A DNA stretch of 64,000 bases. It comes from the human T2T-CHM13v2.0 reference genome, Homo sapiens. Every line of letters starts with the position of its first letter. Positions within the stretch are counted from its first letter, which is position 1. A model generated the notes under the pieces. It was not told the origin of the DNA. It worked only from the letters and a program-made list of their open reading frames with translations, and did no database searches. Shown in pieces: positions 1 through 15,345 of the stretch. The position numbers and the translations under genes are program-made. The stretch lies in NCBI RefSeq assembly GCF_009914755.1, contig NC_060927.1, one strand, 5' to 3'.

Positions 1-53
1 GACCTGACAGGTACATGTAAAATGTAGTTTATCAAACTAAGAAAATAAATTAG

Positions 54-1290
54 GGCAGTGCAAAGATGACTAAGAGGAGCCAGTATGCACTGCTCTCACA
101 GAGAGGAGATAGAGTGGCAAGTAAATACTAGATCTTCAAGTGGAAGAGCCAGGTGGATACAACAGGATTGATCAAAGAAACAGCTGGACCCAAGAAGAAT
201 GGAGAGGAGCAAGACAAGATTACTTCCCACCCAGGAGTGGCTCTGAGGCCACCTCATCACATGAAAAGGTGAGTGAGTCAGAATCCCTGTGGACCCTCGC
301 TTCTGCCATGGACCATTGCAACCTTGGGATCAGGAGATCCCCTTGTGAGTCCACACCACAGCAACATCCAGACTGACCCAGAGAGCTATGTGGAGTCAGG
401 GCAGAGCTGCCGCTCTGGCATACGTAGAATCCCAGGGAACTTGGACCTCCAGGCATCCTGGCATTAGCAGCTGCATCTCCGGCAATGAGGGAAGTCATGC
501 TCCCTTGCATGCACCCAAGAAAGAAGCCAAATCCAAGGGACTGGGTAGCAAGAGACTGAAGATCCAGCTTCCACTGCATCTTGGAGGGTAAGGCCCACTG
601 GCTCAGGACTCCAGCCATTCCCTGCCTGGGCTGTTGGGCCAGTAGCAGCTCTGCATTCTCCTGGGAGTAATTTCCCAGAGAGAGAAGGCTTTCTTTTTTT
701 TTTTTTTTTTTTTTTTGGTGGTGGGGGGTTGGGGTGGGGGTCGGACAGAGTCTCGCTCTTTTGCCCAGGCTGGAGTGCAGTGGCATGATCTCTGATCTCA
801 GCTCACTGCAACCTCTGCCACCCAGGTTCAAGCGATTCTCCTGCCTCAGCCTCTCGAGTAGCTGAGACTGCAGATGCACACCATCACGCCTGGCTATTTT
901 TTTTGTATTTTTAGTAGAGACGGGGTTTTGCCATGTTGGCTAGGCTGGTCTCAACCTCCTGACCTCAAGTGATCTGCCTGCCTCGGCCTCCCAAAGTGCT
1001 GGGATTACAGGTGTGAGCCACCACTCCCTACCGGGCTGCCATTTTTGCTTTCCCACAGTCCTGGCCACTGCTGCCCTCAAGCTGTGGAGGGTATACAGTT
1101 ATTAGAAACTGATGCAATCCCCAGCACAGTGCAACCACCCCATGGAAAGTGGCCAGATTGTTTTCCATGCAGGTCTTAATTCCTGCTTCTGTTCAATGGG
1201 AGGACCTCTTGATTAGGGACTCCTATAATGTACGTGTACATTAATGTACATGTAACCATTAACCTAAAATAAAAGTTTACAAAAAAGAAA
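54..1290 (+). mobile_element. L1 (L1PA13-16/L1PREC2-like) reduced to its 5'UTR joined directly to the last ~45 nt of the 3' end; interrupted by an Alu
   Basis: Begins aagatgactaagaggagccag...ctctcacagagaggaga (L1 5'UTR start). Ends tgtacatgtaaccattaacctaaaataaaagtt plus A-rich tail (L1PA13-16-type terminus). No ORF1/ORF2 sequence in between. Confidence 0.75.
690..1032 (-). mobile_element. AluS (Sx/Sz-like), full length
   Basis: Poly-T 694-716, then both Alu arms in reverse (gacagagtctcgctc...ctcccaaagtgctgggattacaggtgtgagccacc). Confidence 0.95.
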
Positions 1291-1299
1291 ATTAAGGGA

Positions 1300-2427
1300 A
1301 AACAAAAATATCATTTTAGAATTGAATCCTTGATAGGTAGAGTAAAAATATCTATAAAGTTGTAAATAATATTTAAAGAATAAATGAAAGTTGCCAAAAG
1401 TACAAAAATTAGAAAAGATAAAGCATTACAGAAATGATCTATATATAAGAATACAAGCCCTAGTGTACCTGTAGGTAGATTTTATGTAAAAGAAAAACAA
1501 AATAGACGAGAATAGTTTTTAAAAATATAAACCAAGCAAACTATCTTTCCATAAATATACACACATACTCATAAATTGAATCTCCATATTCAAAATGTAC
1601 TCAGGAGATCTGTTGTTAAGTCATCATTTCTGATAAATGTTCTAGTAATTTAATATGAAAATATATACTGAAGGATTTCAAAGAAATTCTAAGTATATTC
1701 TGAAAGAAAGAAAATTATATTAGGATTAGATTTCTTGGCAAAACCATGTAAAACAACATAACAGTGAAAAGTTATATTTTAAAGCAACTCAATAAAAGAA
1801 AAAGTGATCCAAATATCAATCTTATTGAAAGAGTTTTAAACATTTAGTAACTGGAAGAGAGCTATAGTCGTAGACCTTTTCAAATGACTATACTAGAAGA
1901 TACGCTTCAAGCAACCCATTAATGGCTGAGAAAACTGGCAACATATATGATAGTAAGCATGATTATATTTAATTACTTTAAAGAAAATTATAAAACCAGA
2001 TAAACCTGTAGGATAAAAATATGGAGATATCATATTTTTACATATTAGAAATGTGATGACTAAAAAGATGAAGAGGAAGAACAAACAACATAGAAAGTGG
2101 AATAAACCCAAATTATTTTGCATAGTTAATAAGAAAAAAGTCACATTATATCATAAAAATTAAATATTGGAAATTTAAGTAAAATAAAAAGGCACTATAA
2201 ACATTATAAAAGTTATTAGTATAATGTCAGTCATTAGCACAAATATTGAACTGTCAGAACCAAAAATACCCTGAGAATCTAAAAGTTAAAAGACAGGCAA
2301 CTTTGAGGCAAAAACAGTAAAAATAGCATAATATGCATTTTAATAATAAGATAATATGCAAAAATTGTAACAAATCTTTACTTCTATCCGTAAATGTGAA
2401 TGGTCTTAGCTCACTTATTAAAGGGTC
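1300..2427 (+). mobile_element. Ancient HAL1/L1M ORF1-like fragment
   Basis: A-rich degenerate ORF1-like motifs (attagatttcttggcaaaacc...aaagtgatccaaat) ending in gtaaatgtgaatggtcttagctcacttattaaagg. Confidence 0.55.
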
Positions 2428-2429
2428 TT

Positions 2430-3520
2430 ATAATATTTCAAGGTATTTATTTGAAAAAATTTCAAACACACAAACTACTGGTAAAACTAATAAGATGAAC
2501 ATCCATACGTGCTCCACTCATATTTACAGAGGTTTGCCAATGGGAAACATTTCAAGCTAGCTCCTGTATGCTAGAAACATCTCCTCATTTCTTAAACACT
2601 TTTATAGCAGAGAAAGTTGGTTTATGCATCATTTATACTTCCCTTGCACCAGTCTAGAAAATGGCATTATCCAAATGATCCTTGGTTCCTTCCCATGGAA
2701 AATAGTATTTAGAAATCAATATCTAGATCCTAGGTGTTGTTTGGTTGGTTTTGTTTGTTTGTTTGTTTGTTTTTTACTGCTATTAAGATATAGATTATAT
2801 TATATCACACCAAACATCACATTATGTTATTTCGAGTTAATAATGATAAGTCTTTTTCCAATCCAAAGCTATAAAGTTCTTTTTATCTTTTTTCATTTAA
2901 TATTTGTATCTTGTTTCTCCTATCTGGAAACATCTAATTCTTCTAGACATCAGTATATTGCTTATTTGTCAATCGTATAGTAGACAGAAAATAGTTTCAG
3001 ATTTGTGACACTACCAAAAACAGCCTTACTGATTAAAGTGCAAATTATCTTTGCAGTTCTTTTGTTTTATCTTCACAATATATACAATTAAAGATATACA
3101 ATGAAAATAACTTGTTAAAAGTTCTTTCTTTTCTAAAATTCTGTGATTATGTTAGAATTTTATATAAAATCATATTCAATTTTTTGTTTATATTCAGTAT
3201 GAAGTTTTTCTTTTTTCCTGCCATTCTTTTTGATTGATTTGCTTGAACATATAAACCATAATATGGTTTTTAAAGTCAAAATTATACGAACAGTTATACA
3301 GGACTTAGAGTAGTAACTTTCTTCTTATCTTCCCCAACTGAGCTCCAACTAAATTACATAGGTAAATATATTCATTCATTTATCATCATTTCTATTATAC
3401 ATACACAAGCAAATGCATGCATTTTCACCACTGTACACCTTTATTTTATATTTTTTTACATAAAAAAGGACTTACTGTAGACAGTGTTTCCCAGTAGCTT
3501 TTTGACTTAACAATGTAGAA
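2430..3520 (-). mobile_element. Old L1MC/L1ME-type 3' end fragments
   Basis: Motif ccttggttccttcccatggaaaatagtatttagaaatcaatatctag resembles the reversed 3'UTR of L1MC-type elements; T-rich. Confidence 0.5.
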
Positions 3521-4699
3521 TTTAGCCTCACTGCAACATCAACCTGTGTATCAGTGCTGTGTCTGCAACAGAGTGAGTACTGTGCGCTGGGCTGCAATCT
3601 CAGGGATATAGCCTCACAGACATGTTAAGCCTCAAGAATTGGTGGCCTCAGTGGAGAGTGCCCACAGTCACCTCAGCTCCTCTCTTGAGTGTTTTCCATC
3701 ACCTTGTTTAGAGCTTGTCCCCGCTCTAGAGACACTTTGCTGTTCTTCCTTTTCAGGCTTATAGGACCAACAGATATAGCAACTAAGGTCCAGACTATAG
3801 CAGTGACTAGTTGAGAGTCATTTACCAAGGGACATCAACTTAAAAGACAAGCAAACAAAGAAAAAAATGTACTTTAGATCTTCTCCTCCCTTCAAAGTAG
3901 CAGGTAAAATAGAAAATTGATAAGGGCTAAATCTATTCTGGGATCCAACAAATGACACTAGACAATCTGTGCGTCTATTTGAGCAAATTCCTGATTGAAT
4001 AATGAAGATGCTAAGGACAACTAGAAACTGGAGAAATTTCAGAATATTTCTCATTAGAGCAGAGTGAAAATAGCAAGATGGCACAATAGGAGGTCCCTAG
4101 CTTTAGCCCTCCTCACAAAGAGTTTACGTAGCAACTACTCACAGACAAAAAAATGTCTTTGTGAAAATCCCAGAAACTGGAGATAAAGATGAAGCACCCT
4201 CTTGGACCACAAAACCTAAGAAAAGCCACATAAGAGGGCTCAGAGGAACATATTTATTTTGATGGCATTGCCTCTTCCTCAGGCAGGCAGAGCACCACAC
4301 TGAGAGGGTTCGCCTAGGCCCACATTTCCTCCAGTAGAACAAAGAGAGCCCAAGGCATACATTCAGCTTCTTCAGCATTCTGAGGAACTTCCTGGGAGGC
4401 CTACTTCTGTCTTGCCTTACAAAGAAATCTGTGAAATCAGCAGGGCTAGACTACCTTTTGTCAGCTAGAAACAAAGAACAGGGACAAGGCTTACAACAGC
4501 CAGCACTGGGTCTTGGTAATGGCACCACATTTTTGCTAGAAGCATTGTATAAACAGTGAGAAAAGTCAGATGCTTCAACCACCCACACAGTTGAGCCATG
4601 GCATCATCATATCAGGAATCACACTCAACAGTTCTGACCAGCTTGGGTTGGTAGCCAGTACCCTGGTCCAGCTTTAGAGTGCAGGCTTGACTCAGGCTG

Positions 4700-5550
4700 T
4701 GAGCTAAGCCAGTAACCCCACTACTTTCAAAGCATAGCTTCTAGCCACTCTTGACCAAAGAGCTCAAACAGAAACCCCACCAAACATTGGAGCATAGTCT
4801 ACAGCTCTGCCCAGACAGAAAACCTAGCCAATAACCGTGATCTACTGTGGGGCCCGCCCTGGGCCCACACAATCAGAGAGCCCAGCTAATTATCTGGATT
4901 GCCTGTGGAGCCCATGCTACAGAAAAAATAAACAGTGGAGCCCAGCCCACAGCCCCACCCATTTGCTGAGCACAATCTGTGACTATGCCTCAGCAGGAAG
5001 TCCAGCTACTGACCTCAACCAATCACAGAGTATAACCTGGAGCCACACCAGATTGGCTATCCTGCAGACCACAGAGAACAGCCTCCAGCTTTGCCTGATC
5101 ATGGAGCCCAGCTAGCAACCCCACCCAATTGCGGAGCACAGACTTCACCCCACTTGAGCAGTAATCCCAGATGGAAACTCCACCAGAACATGAAATATAG
5201 CCAGTTACCCCACCTAAGTGTGGAATGAAGCCACTGACCACTACCACCTGCAGCCCTGTTAAAACATGGGATCTAGCTAGCAGCACCATCTAGCCAGAGA
5301 GTACAGCCTGGGATTTCACTAAACCAGGGGCTATGGCAGGACCCAACTTGTGGCCTACCCAACTGTTGAGTCCAATCAGCAGCAACACCTGACTTAAGAG
5401 CACAGGGTGCTGTCCTGATCAACCAGAAGCAATCATGAAACCAAGCAAGAGGATTTTCCCGAATATGGAGCTCAGCCAGTGAAACTATCTGACCTTGGAT
5501 TGTAGGCAACAGCCCTGCCCAACTAAAGCACCTGATAGAGAGCCCTGCCT
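4700..5550 (+). repeat. Degenerate ~30-bp tandem array inside the L1 5'UTR
   Basis: RGAGCNCAG-like unit starts at 4700, 4729, 4759, 4789, 4819, 4849, 4877, 4907, 4937, 4967, 4997, 5027, then 5073, 5103, 5133. Confidence 0.8.
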
Positions 5551-5956
5551 ATTTATACACATTGACAGCTGGCACCTTCAGAACCCCAGGATGAACTTAT
5601 TGATAAAATTATTTTCCTACCAAAATAAATCTATCAAGTCCAGAAGAGATGGCTGCCTCCTCAAATGGGAAGACAACACTGCAAGAATACAAGGACTATG
5701 AAGAATCAGGAAAATAAGACACCACCAAAGGAAACAAAGAATAATGGACCCTAAACAAATGAAGATTTATTAACTGACTGACAGAGAATTCGGAATAAAC
5801 CTCTTAAAGAAGTTCAGTAAATTACAAGAGAACATGGATAGACATGCATAAAATTGTGACAACAATACATATAAAAATGAGAAATTCAACAGAGACAGTA
5901 ACCATTAAAAACTTGGAGATGAAGAATATAGTGACTGAATTAAAAAATTCAGTAGA

Positions 5957-7166
5957 TGGCTAGCCATATGCAGAAGACACCGAAGTTGGACCCCTTCCTT
6001 ACACCATATACAAAAGTCAACTCAAAATAGATTAAAGACTTAAATGTAAAACCTGAAACTATAAAGACCCTGGAAGGCAATCAAGGCAATACCATCCTGG
6101 GCATAGAATCAGGCAAAGATTTTATGACAAAGACATGAAAAGCTATTGCGACAAACGCAAAAATTGACAAGTGGGATCTAATTAAATTTAGGAGCTTCTA
6201 CACAGCACAAGAAGCTATCAATAGAATAAACAGACAACCTACAGAATGGGAGAAAATATTTGCAAACCATGCATCTGACAAAGGTCCAATATCTAGCATC
6301 TATAAGGAACTTAACCAAATTTATAAGAGAAAAACAACCCAATCAAAAAGTGGGCAAAGGACATAAACACTTTTCAAAAAAAGACATACATGCAGCCAGC
6401 CACATATGAAGAAAATCTCAATATCACTGATCATTAGAGAAATGCAAATCAAAACCAAAACGAGATACCATCTCACACCAGTCAGAGTGGCTATCTCCAA
6501 AAAATAAAAAAAAATAACAGATGTAGGCTAGTCTGTGGAGAAAAAGGGGCACTTATACACTGCTGTTGGGAGTGTAAATTAGTTCAACCAGTATGGCAAT
6601 TCCTCAAAGAGCTAGCAGCGCAACTACCATTTGATCCATCAATCTTATGACTGGGTATAGACTCAGAGGAATATAAATCATTCTACCATAAGGACATATA
6701 CACACAAATGTTCACTGGAGCACTGTTTACAATAGAAAAGACATGGACTCAACCTAAATGCCCATCAATGACAGATTGGATAAAGAAAATGTGGTACATA
6801 CACATCATGGAATACTATGCAGGCACAAAAAAGAATGAAATCATGTCTTTTGTGGGAACATGGATGAAACTGGAGGCCATGATCCTTAGCAAATTAACAC
6901 AGGAACAGAAAACCAAATACCCATGTTCTCATCAGTGGGAGATAAATAATAAGAACTTATGAACACAAAAAATAAAACAACAGACACTGGGGTCTACTTG
7001 AGGGTGGAGGATGGGAGGACATAGATCAGAAAAGATAACTACTGGGTATTGGGCTTAATTTCTAGGTGCTGAAATAATCTGTATAACAAACCCTTGTGAC
7101 TTTAGTTTACCTATGTAACAAACCTTCATATGTACCCCTGAACCTAAATTGAAATTAAAAATTAAA
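5957..7166 (+). mobile_element. 5'-truncated L1PA13-15-like element inserted in ORF1 of the older L1
   Basis: ORF2 C-terminus (ORF 6708-6962 WTQPKCPSMTDWIKKMW) and 3'UTR; TSD aaaaaattcagYaga at 5942-5956 and 7167-7181. Confidence 0.92.
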
Positions 7167-10061
7167 AAAAAATTCAGCAGAGAGTTGCAACAATAGACTT
7201 GATCCAGCAGAAGAAAGAATTGGTGAACTAAAAGGCAGGTCATTTGAAATTATCCAGTAAGAAGAATAGAAAAGAGTGAAAAAGAATAAAGTATGAAGGA
7301 CTTATGGAACACGATAAAGTAAAATAATATTCACATTATGAAAATCCCAGAAAGAGAAGGAAAATCCATTTAAATAAATAATGGGTATTTTTTTTTAATT
7401 TGAAGAGAGAAAGAAATATGTTAAGCCCAAAAATATCTACCCTCAGATGCATTATATTTAAATTGTCAAAATTCAAAGACAAAGGAGAATCACTGAAAGT
7501 ATCAAAAGAACAAGTGATGTATCACATACAAAAAAAAATTACACTATAAGCAGGCTTTTTATCAAAACATTGCAGGCCAGGAGAGAGTAAGATAATATAT
7601 TCAATTTTTTTTAAGAAAGCAAAACTACCACCTAAAAATACTATACCCAGCAAAATTCATCTGTAGGAATTAAGATGAGATAAAGACTTTCTCAAACAAA
7701 CAAAAGCTAAGAGAGCTTATCACTACTAGACATAACTTAAAAGAAACTCTAAAAGAAGTTCTTGAAGTGGAAATGAATGAATGCTAATTAACAGCATAAG
7801 AATATATGAATATATAAAAACTTACAAATGAAAGTAAATATATAGTGAAAGTCAGTATTCTATAATATTGTAAAGGTACTACATAAATCACTTTCAAATT
7901 TGGTTTAAAATTAAACAATAAGCATATTAAAAATAATTATAATGATAATAATTCATCACTGAATGCACAATTAAAAAGATGCAAATTGTAACAACAATGA
8001 CCTAAAATGTTGTGGAAGGGAAGAAGTAAAAGGTATGAAGTTTCTGTAGGCATTCAAGATAAGTTGTTATCAGCCTAAAATAGATTGTTATTACTATGAT
8101 ATATTTTATGTAAATAAGCCTTATAGTAAACACAAAGTAAAAACCTTTAGCAGATACAGAAAAGATTAAGAAAACAGAATCAAAGCATATCACCACAAAG
8201 GGTTATCAATTCACAAAAAAGAAGGCAAGAGAGGAAGAAAGAAGCAAAGGAACTACAAAATAGTAAAAAAAAAAATTAAAATGGCAAATATTGTTATTAC
8301 CTATCCAGAATTATTTTGTATAAATGGTATAACTTCTCCAATCAAAAGACATAACGTGGCTGAAACAATTAAAAAGCCAATTTCTAATGATTTATTGTCT
8401 ACAAGAGACTCATTTTAGCTTAAGGACACACATAGGATGAAAGTAAAGGGCTGGAAAAAGAATTTCATACAACTGTTAACCAAAAGGGAGCCAGAATGGT
8501 ATATTTATATCAGACAATATAGGATATAAAACAAAACAGTCCTAAGAGACAATGAAGGTCATTATATAATGAAAAAAGGGTCAATTCATCAAAAAGATAC
8601 AGTGATTATAAATATTTACACACCAAAATTTGGAGCACCTAAATGTTAGAAGTAAATACCAACAAAACTGAAAGAAGAAATATACTGCAATACAATAATA
8701 ATAGGGAGCATCAAAACTCCATCTCAACAATAGAAATATCATCCACATAGAAATAACTATATAAATGGCCAATTTGAACAACATTACAGACGGAATTGAC
8801 CTCACAGAAATACGGAACAGCCATGAAACATTAGCAGAGTACGCATTCTTTTTAAACACACATGGAACATTCTTCAGGATAGACGATGTGCTAGAACACA
8901 AAACACAACTTAAAACATTTTTAAAAAAATTAAAACAAACCAAATATCTTTCTTAGCCACAATGGTATAGAACTAAAAATAAATAATCAGAGGAAATTGG
9001 GGAACTCACAAATGCGTGGAAACTAAACAACACACTCAAGAAAAAACCTGGGTCAAGAAGAAATCAAAAAGAAAGTTAAAAAAATAAAATTCGTTGAAAA
9101 TGGAAACACAGCATACAAAACATTAAGAAAAATGAAATGTCTCAAATAAACAATCTTACTTTATACCCCTAAGATCTTGAAAAATAACAAACTAAGCTCA
9201 AAGTCAGCAGAAAGAAAGAAAAATAAATATCACAACAGAAATCAATGAAAAAGAGACTAGAGAACAACAAAAACAATTAATGAAACTAAGATTTTTTTAG
9301 AGATAAAATTAACAAATCTTTAGCTAAACAAACTGTGAAAAATACATAGAGAAATCTCAGTTAAATGCAATTACAAATGAAAAGAGATACACTACAACTT
9401 ACAAGACAGAAATAAAAAAGCTATTAATAGTAGCACCTATAAATGAATAAATTGAATAACCTAGAAGAAATGGATATATTCTCAGGGATGTATGACCTAC
9501 TGAGACTGATGCATGAAGAAATAAAAAATCTGAACAGACCAATAAGGAGTAAAAAGAGTTAATCAATAATCAAAAAACTTCCAACAAAAGAAGGCCCAGG
9601 ACCAGATGAGTTTGCTAGTGAATTCTACCAAACACTTACGGAAGAATTAACATCAATTCTCAAGTCCTTCCAAGAAACAGAAGAGGAGGGAACATTCCAC
9701 CCTATTTTACAAAGCCAGCATTACCCTAATATCAAAGCTAGACTAGGACTCTAAAAAAAAAAAAAAAAAATGAGCCAGTGATGAAGACACTTGCAAAAAT
9801 ATTCAACAAAAATACTAGCAAACCAAATTGAATATCACATTAAAGGAATTATACAGCATAATCAAGTGTGATTTATCCTTATAAAACAAGGATGATTCAA
9901 CATATGAAAATAAATAAATGTGATCATATTAACAGAAAGTGGATCAAAATTATATGACCATTTCAATAAATGCAGAAAAAAATTTGACAGAATTCAACGT
10001 TTTCATAATAAAAACTCAAAAATTTGATATAGAAAGGAAGTACCTCAACATAAGAAAGGCA

Positions 10062-10398
10062 GAGTAATGCCTCGCTTAATGAAGGGACTATGTTGTGAGA
10101 AATACATTGTTAGGCAATTTTGTCATTGTGTGATCATCATAGAGTGTACTTTAACAAACCCATGCGGTATAGCCTAGTACACAGCTAGGCCTACTTCTCC
10201 TAGGCTACAAAACTATACAACATGTTACTGTATTGAATACTGAATAGGAAATTGTACCATGATGATAATTATTTCTCTCTCTAAACATATCTAAACATAG
10301 AAAAGGTATAGTAAGTATACAGTAATATAATTTTATGATACCATCATTGTATATGCATTTCATCCTTGACCAGAGAGTCATTATGAGGCACATGACTG
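10062..10398. mobile_element. Tigger3a/MER7-type non-autonomous DNA transposon
   Basis: Termini gagtaatgcctcgcttaatga ... tcattatgaggcacatgactg followed by TA; internal gagaaatacattgttaggcaattttgtc. Confidence 0.85.
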
Positions 10399-11340
10399 TA
10401 TTGTATTCCACTTTATTATCTATCTTTTGTCTCTGATAGCTTCTTCTCAATTTTTTTCTATTTTTGTTTTATTTAATAATAGCTATCACAGTTTAACACA
10501 TCTTATTTTTAAATTTTAAAAATTTATATTTAGTTGGCAAATTATAATTGTACATATTTATGGGATTTAATGGTATATTATAATACACATATACATTGTG
10601 GAATGATCACAACAGATTAATTAACATACCCATCACTTCACATACTTATGAATACTTTGTAGTGAGAACATTTGCAATCTATGATTTTAGCAATTTTGAA
10701 GTAAATGATACGTTATTATTAATTATAGTTATCGTACTTTGCAAAATATCACTAGAGCTTATTTATCTTGTCTAACTAAATTTTATATGCTTTGAGTAGC
10801 ATCTCACCTGTCCCGATGCACCCCCACCACCTGCCTGTGTTAACCACCTCTCTATTCTACTTCTATGATCTCAATGTTTTTAGATTTCATGTATAAGTGA
10901 GATCATATGGTATTTGTCTTTCTGTGTCTGTCTTTGGCTTATTTTACTTAGGCTAATATCTTCTTGATTTATCCATGTTGCTGCAAGTAATAGAGTCCCC
11001 TTCTTTTTAGGCTGAATAGTACTCCATTGTGTATATACACCATGTTTTCTTTATCCACTCATTTCTTGATGGACATTTAGGTTGTTTCCATATTTTGGCT
11101 GTTGTACATAATGCCGTAATGAACAGGAGAGTGCATATATCCCTTCAACATACTAATTTCAATTATTTTGGATATATACCTAGAAGTAGGATTGCTGGAT
11201 CATATGGTACTTCTATTTTTAGTTTTTGAAAGAACCTCCAAACTGTTTCCAAAATGACCATATTAATTTACTGCATGCCAACAATGTGCACAAATTTTGT
11301 CCTCTCTCTATCCTCACCAAAATTTATCTTTTCTCTTTTT

Positions 11341-12986
<1,646 letters not shown>

Positions 12987-13153
12987 TCTTTTGTCTTTTT
13001 GATGGTTGCCATTCGGACAGGTGTGAAGTAATTTCTCATGATGGTTTTAATTTGCATGTCCCTAATGATTAGTGAGATTTAGCATTATTAATTCATCTGT
13101 TGGCCATTTGTACGTCCTCTTTTGAGAAATACCTATACGGGTCTTTTGACTAC

Positions 13154-14008
<855 letters not shown>

Positions 14009-14679
14009 TGTTATTGAGTTGTTTGGTTTATTTGTATACTTTTGATATTAGCCCTTTATCAAATGTATGATTTGAAAATATTTCCTCACAGTATGTGAGT
14101 TGTCTTTTCATTCTTTTGTTTTCTTTGCTGTGCAGAAGTTTTTGGTTTGATGCAGTCCATTTTGTCTATTTTTACTTCTGTTGCCTGAGCTTTTCAGAAT
14201 ATATCTAATAAATCATTGCCCAGACCAAAGTTGTGGAGCCTTTTTTAAATGTTTCTTTCTAGTACAATTACAGTTTCAGGTCTTACATTTGCTTCATGGG
14301 TCTAGAGTTTAATCATATTTAGAAATTTTTTTCTTAATGCTATCTTTAGTAGTTGTATAATTTTATTTTTTACATATAGATTTCTAATATATTTGGAATT
14401 TTTGGTATATAGTGTAAGATATGGATTTAATGTTTTTCCAATTAGATATACTAAATAGATATAATTAGATATATGAATGGTTTTTCTAAAATTATATCTT
14501 AGAGTCAATTTTTGTCTCTATAATTTAGAATGCCATCTTATCAGATGCAAAACTCATCTATAATGTAATATACATGTAAGTTTATTTGTTTTATGCTTTT
14601 GATTTCTCTGTTTCCTCAATAGCCATCATTGATTTCCCATATTACCAAGAGTCAGGTCTCAATATAGATATACTTTGTA

Positions 14680-15345
14680 CTTTTATATGTTGAAGTGATG
14701 CAAAGCTTGACTAATACATTTCACCATGAACTTGTGAATATGTTTGAAGTTAATCATCAACATTTTTTGGACTACTCATGGGAGGCTGGCTAGAAGACAA
14801 TTTATTGACATAGAAGTTCTCTCCCATAACTAGTATTTCAATATAGTCTCAGGGATTTCTAGAGACAAAGTAATTTTTGCTGAAAATAGTACCTTGAAGC
14901 TTGTAAGCAAAGAGAGTCATTAGTATATTAAGTAAAGATTCTGGTACTGCCTTTGCAGAGTGTTTATTAAGGGGTGAGAAAGCTTGGAAAGAAAGACTAA
15001 AGTGTTAGAATGGTTTAATCTTATAAGGCTAGGGAATAGACTCTAAACCATATTCTTTAGGATATTATAGAGTAGTCTCCTCTTATTCAAAGAGTCAAAA
15101 ACCACTGGTGAAGGGCATACCATACCCTTTGAGAATCTCAGTGGTGTCTGTTCTCTACACATTGATGTTCACAGGAGATACTGCCTTTGGAAAAGCCTCA
15201 CATAATTTCAGAAGGGCCAAATGGAAGCATTTAACCTGTAGAAACAATAAGAAAATAATTTTAGTAATGAAACTTTGGCTATTGTAATCAGGGGGACTTC
15301 GACTCATAGAAATCAATGGTGAAGGTTATTATGTTCATGAGTGAC
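14680..15345 (+). mobile_element. Highly degenerate ERVL-class internal (gag) fragment
   Basis: Motifs aatttattgacatagaagttctctccc, ctggtgaagggcatacc, gtggtgtctgttctctac and gggccaaatggaagcatttaacc occur in the order I recall for ERVL/HERV16 gag; no open frame. Confidence 0.6.

Larger units (their letters stand above)
4062..10061 (+). mobile_element. Old L1 (L1M2/L1MA-type): 5'UTR, ORF1, ORF2 endonuclease and start of RT; 3'-truncated and degenerate
   Basis: 5' start gcaagatggcacaataggagg; ORF1-like sequence 5650-7790; EN remnants (EYAFFLNTHGTFFRID in ORF 8765-8956); PGPD-region aaggcccaggaccagatg near 9590; ends at the Tigger3a. Confidence 0.85.

Noticed and set aside
220-879. 219-aa minus-strand ORF
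   Set aside because: Reads through an Alu, its poly-A (poly-K) and antisense L1 5'UTR; no protein-family signal
4700-5550. Regularly spaced short repeats as a CRISPR-like array
   Set aside because: Contiguous degenerate tandem units without unique spacers, inside an L1 UTR in primate DNA
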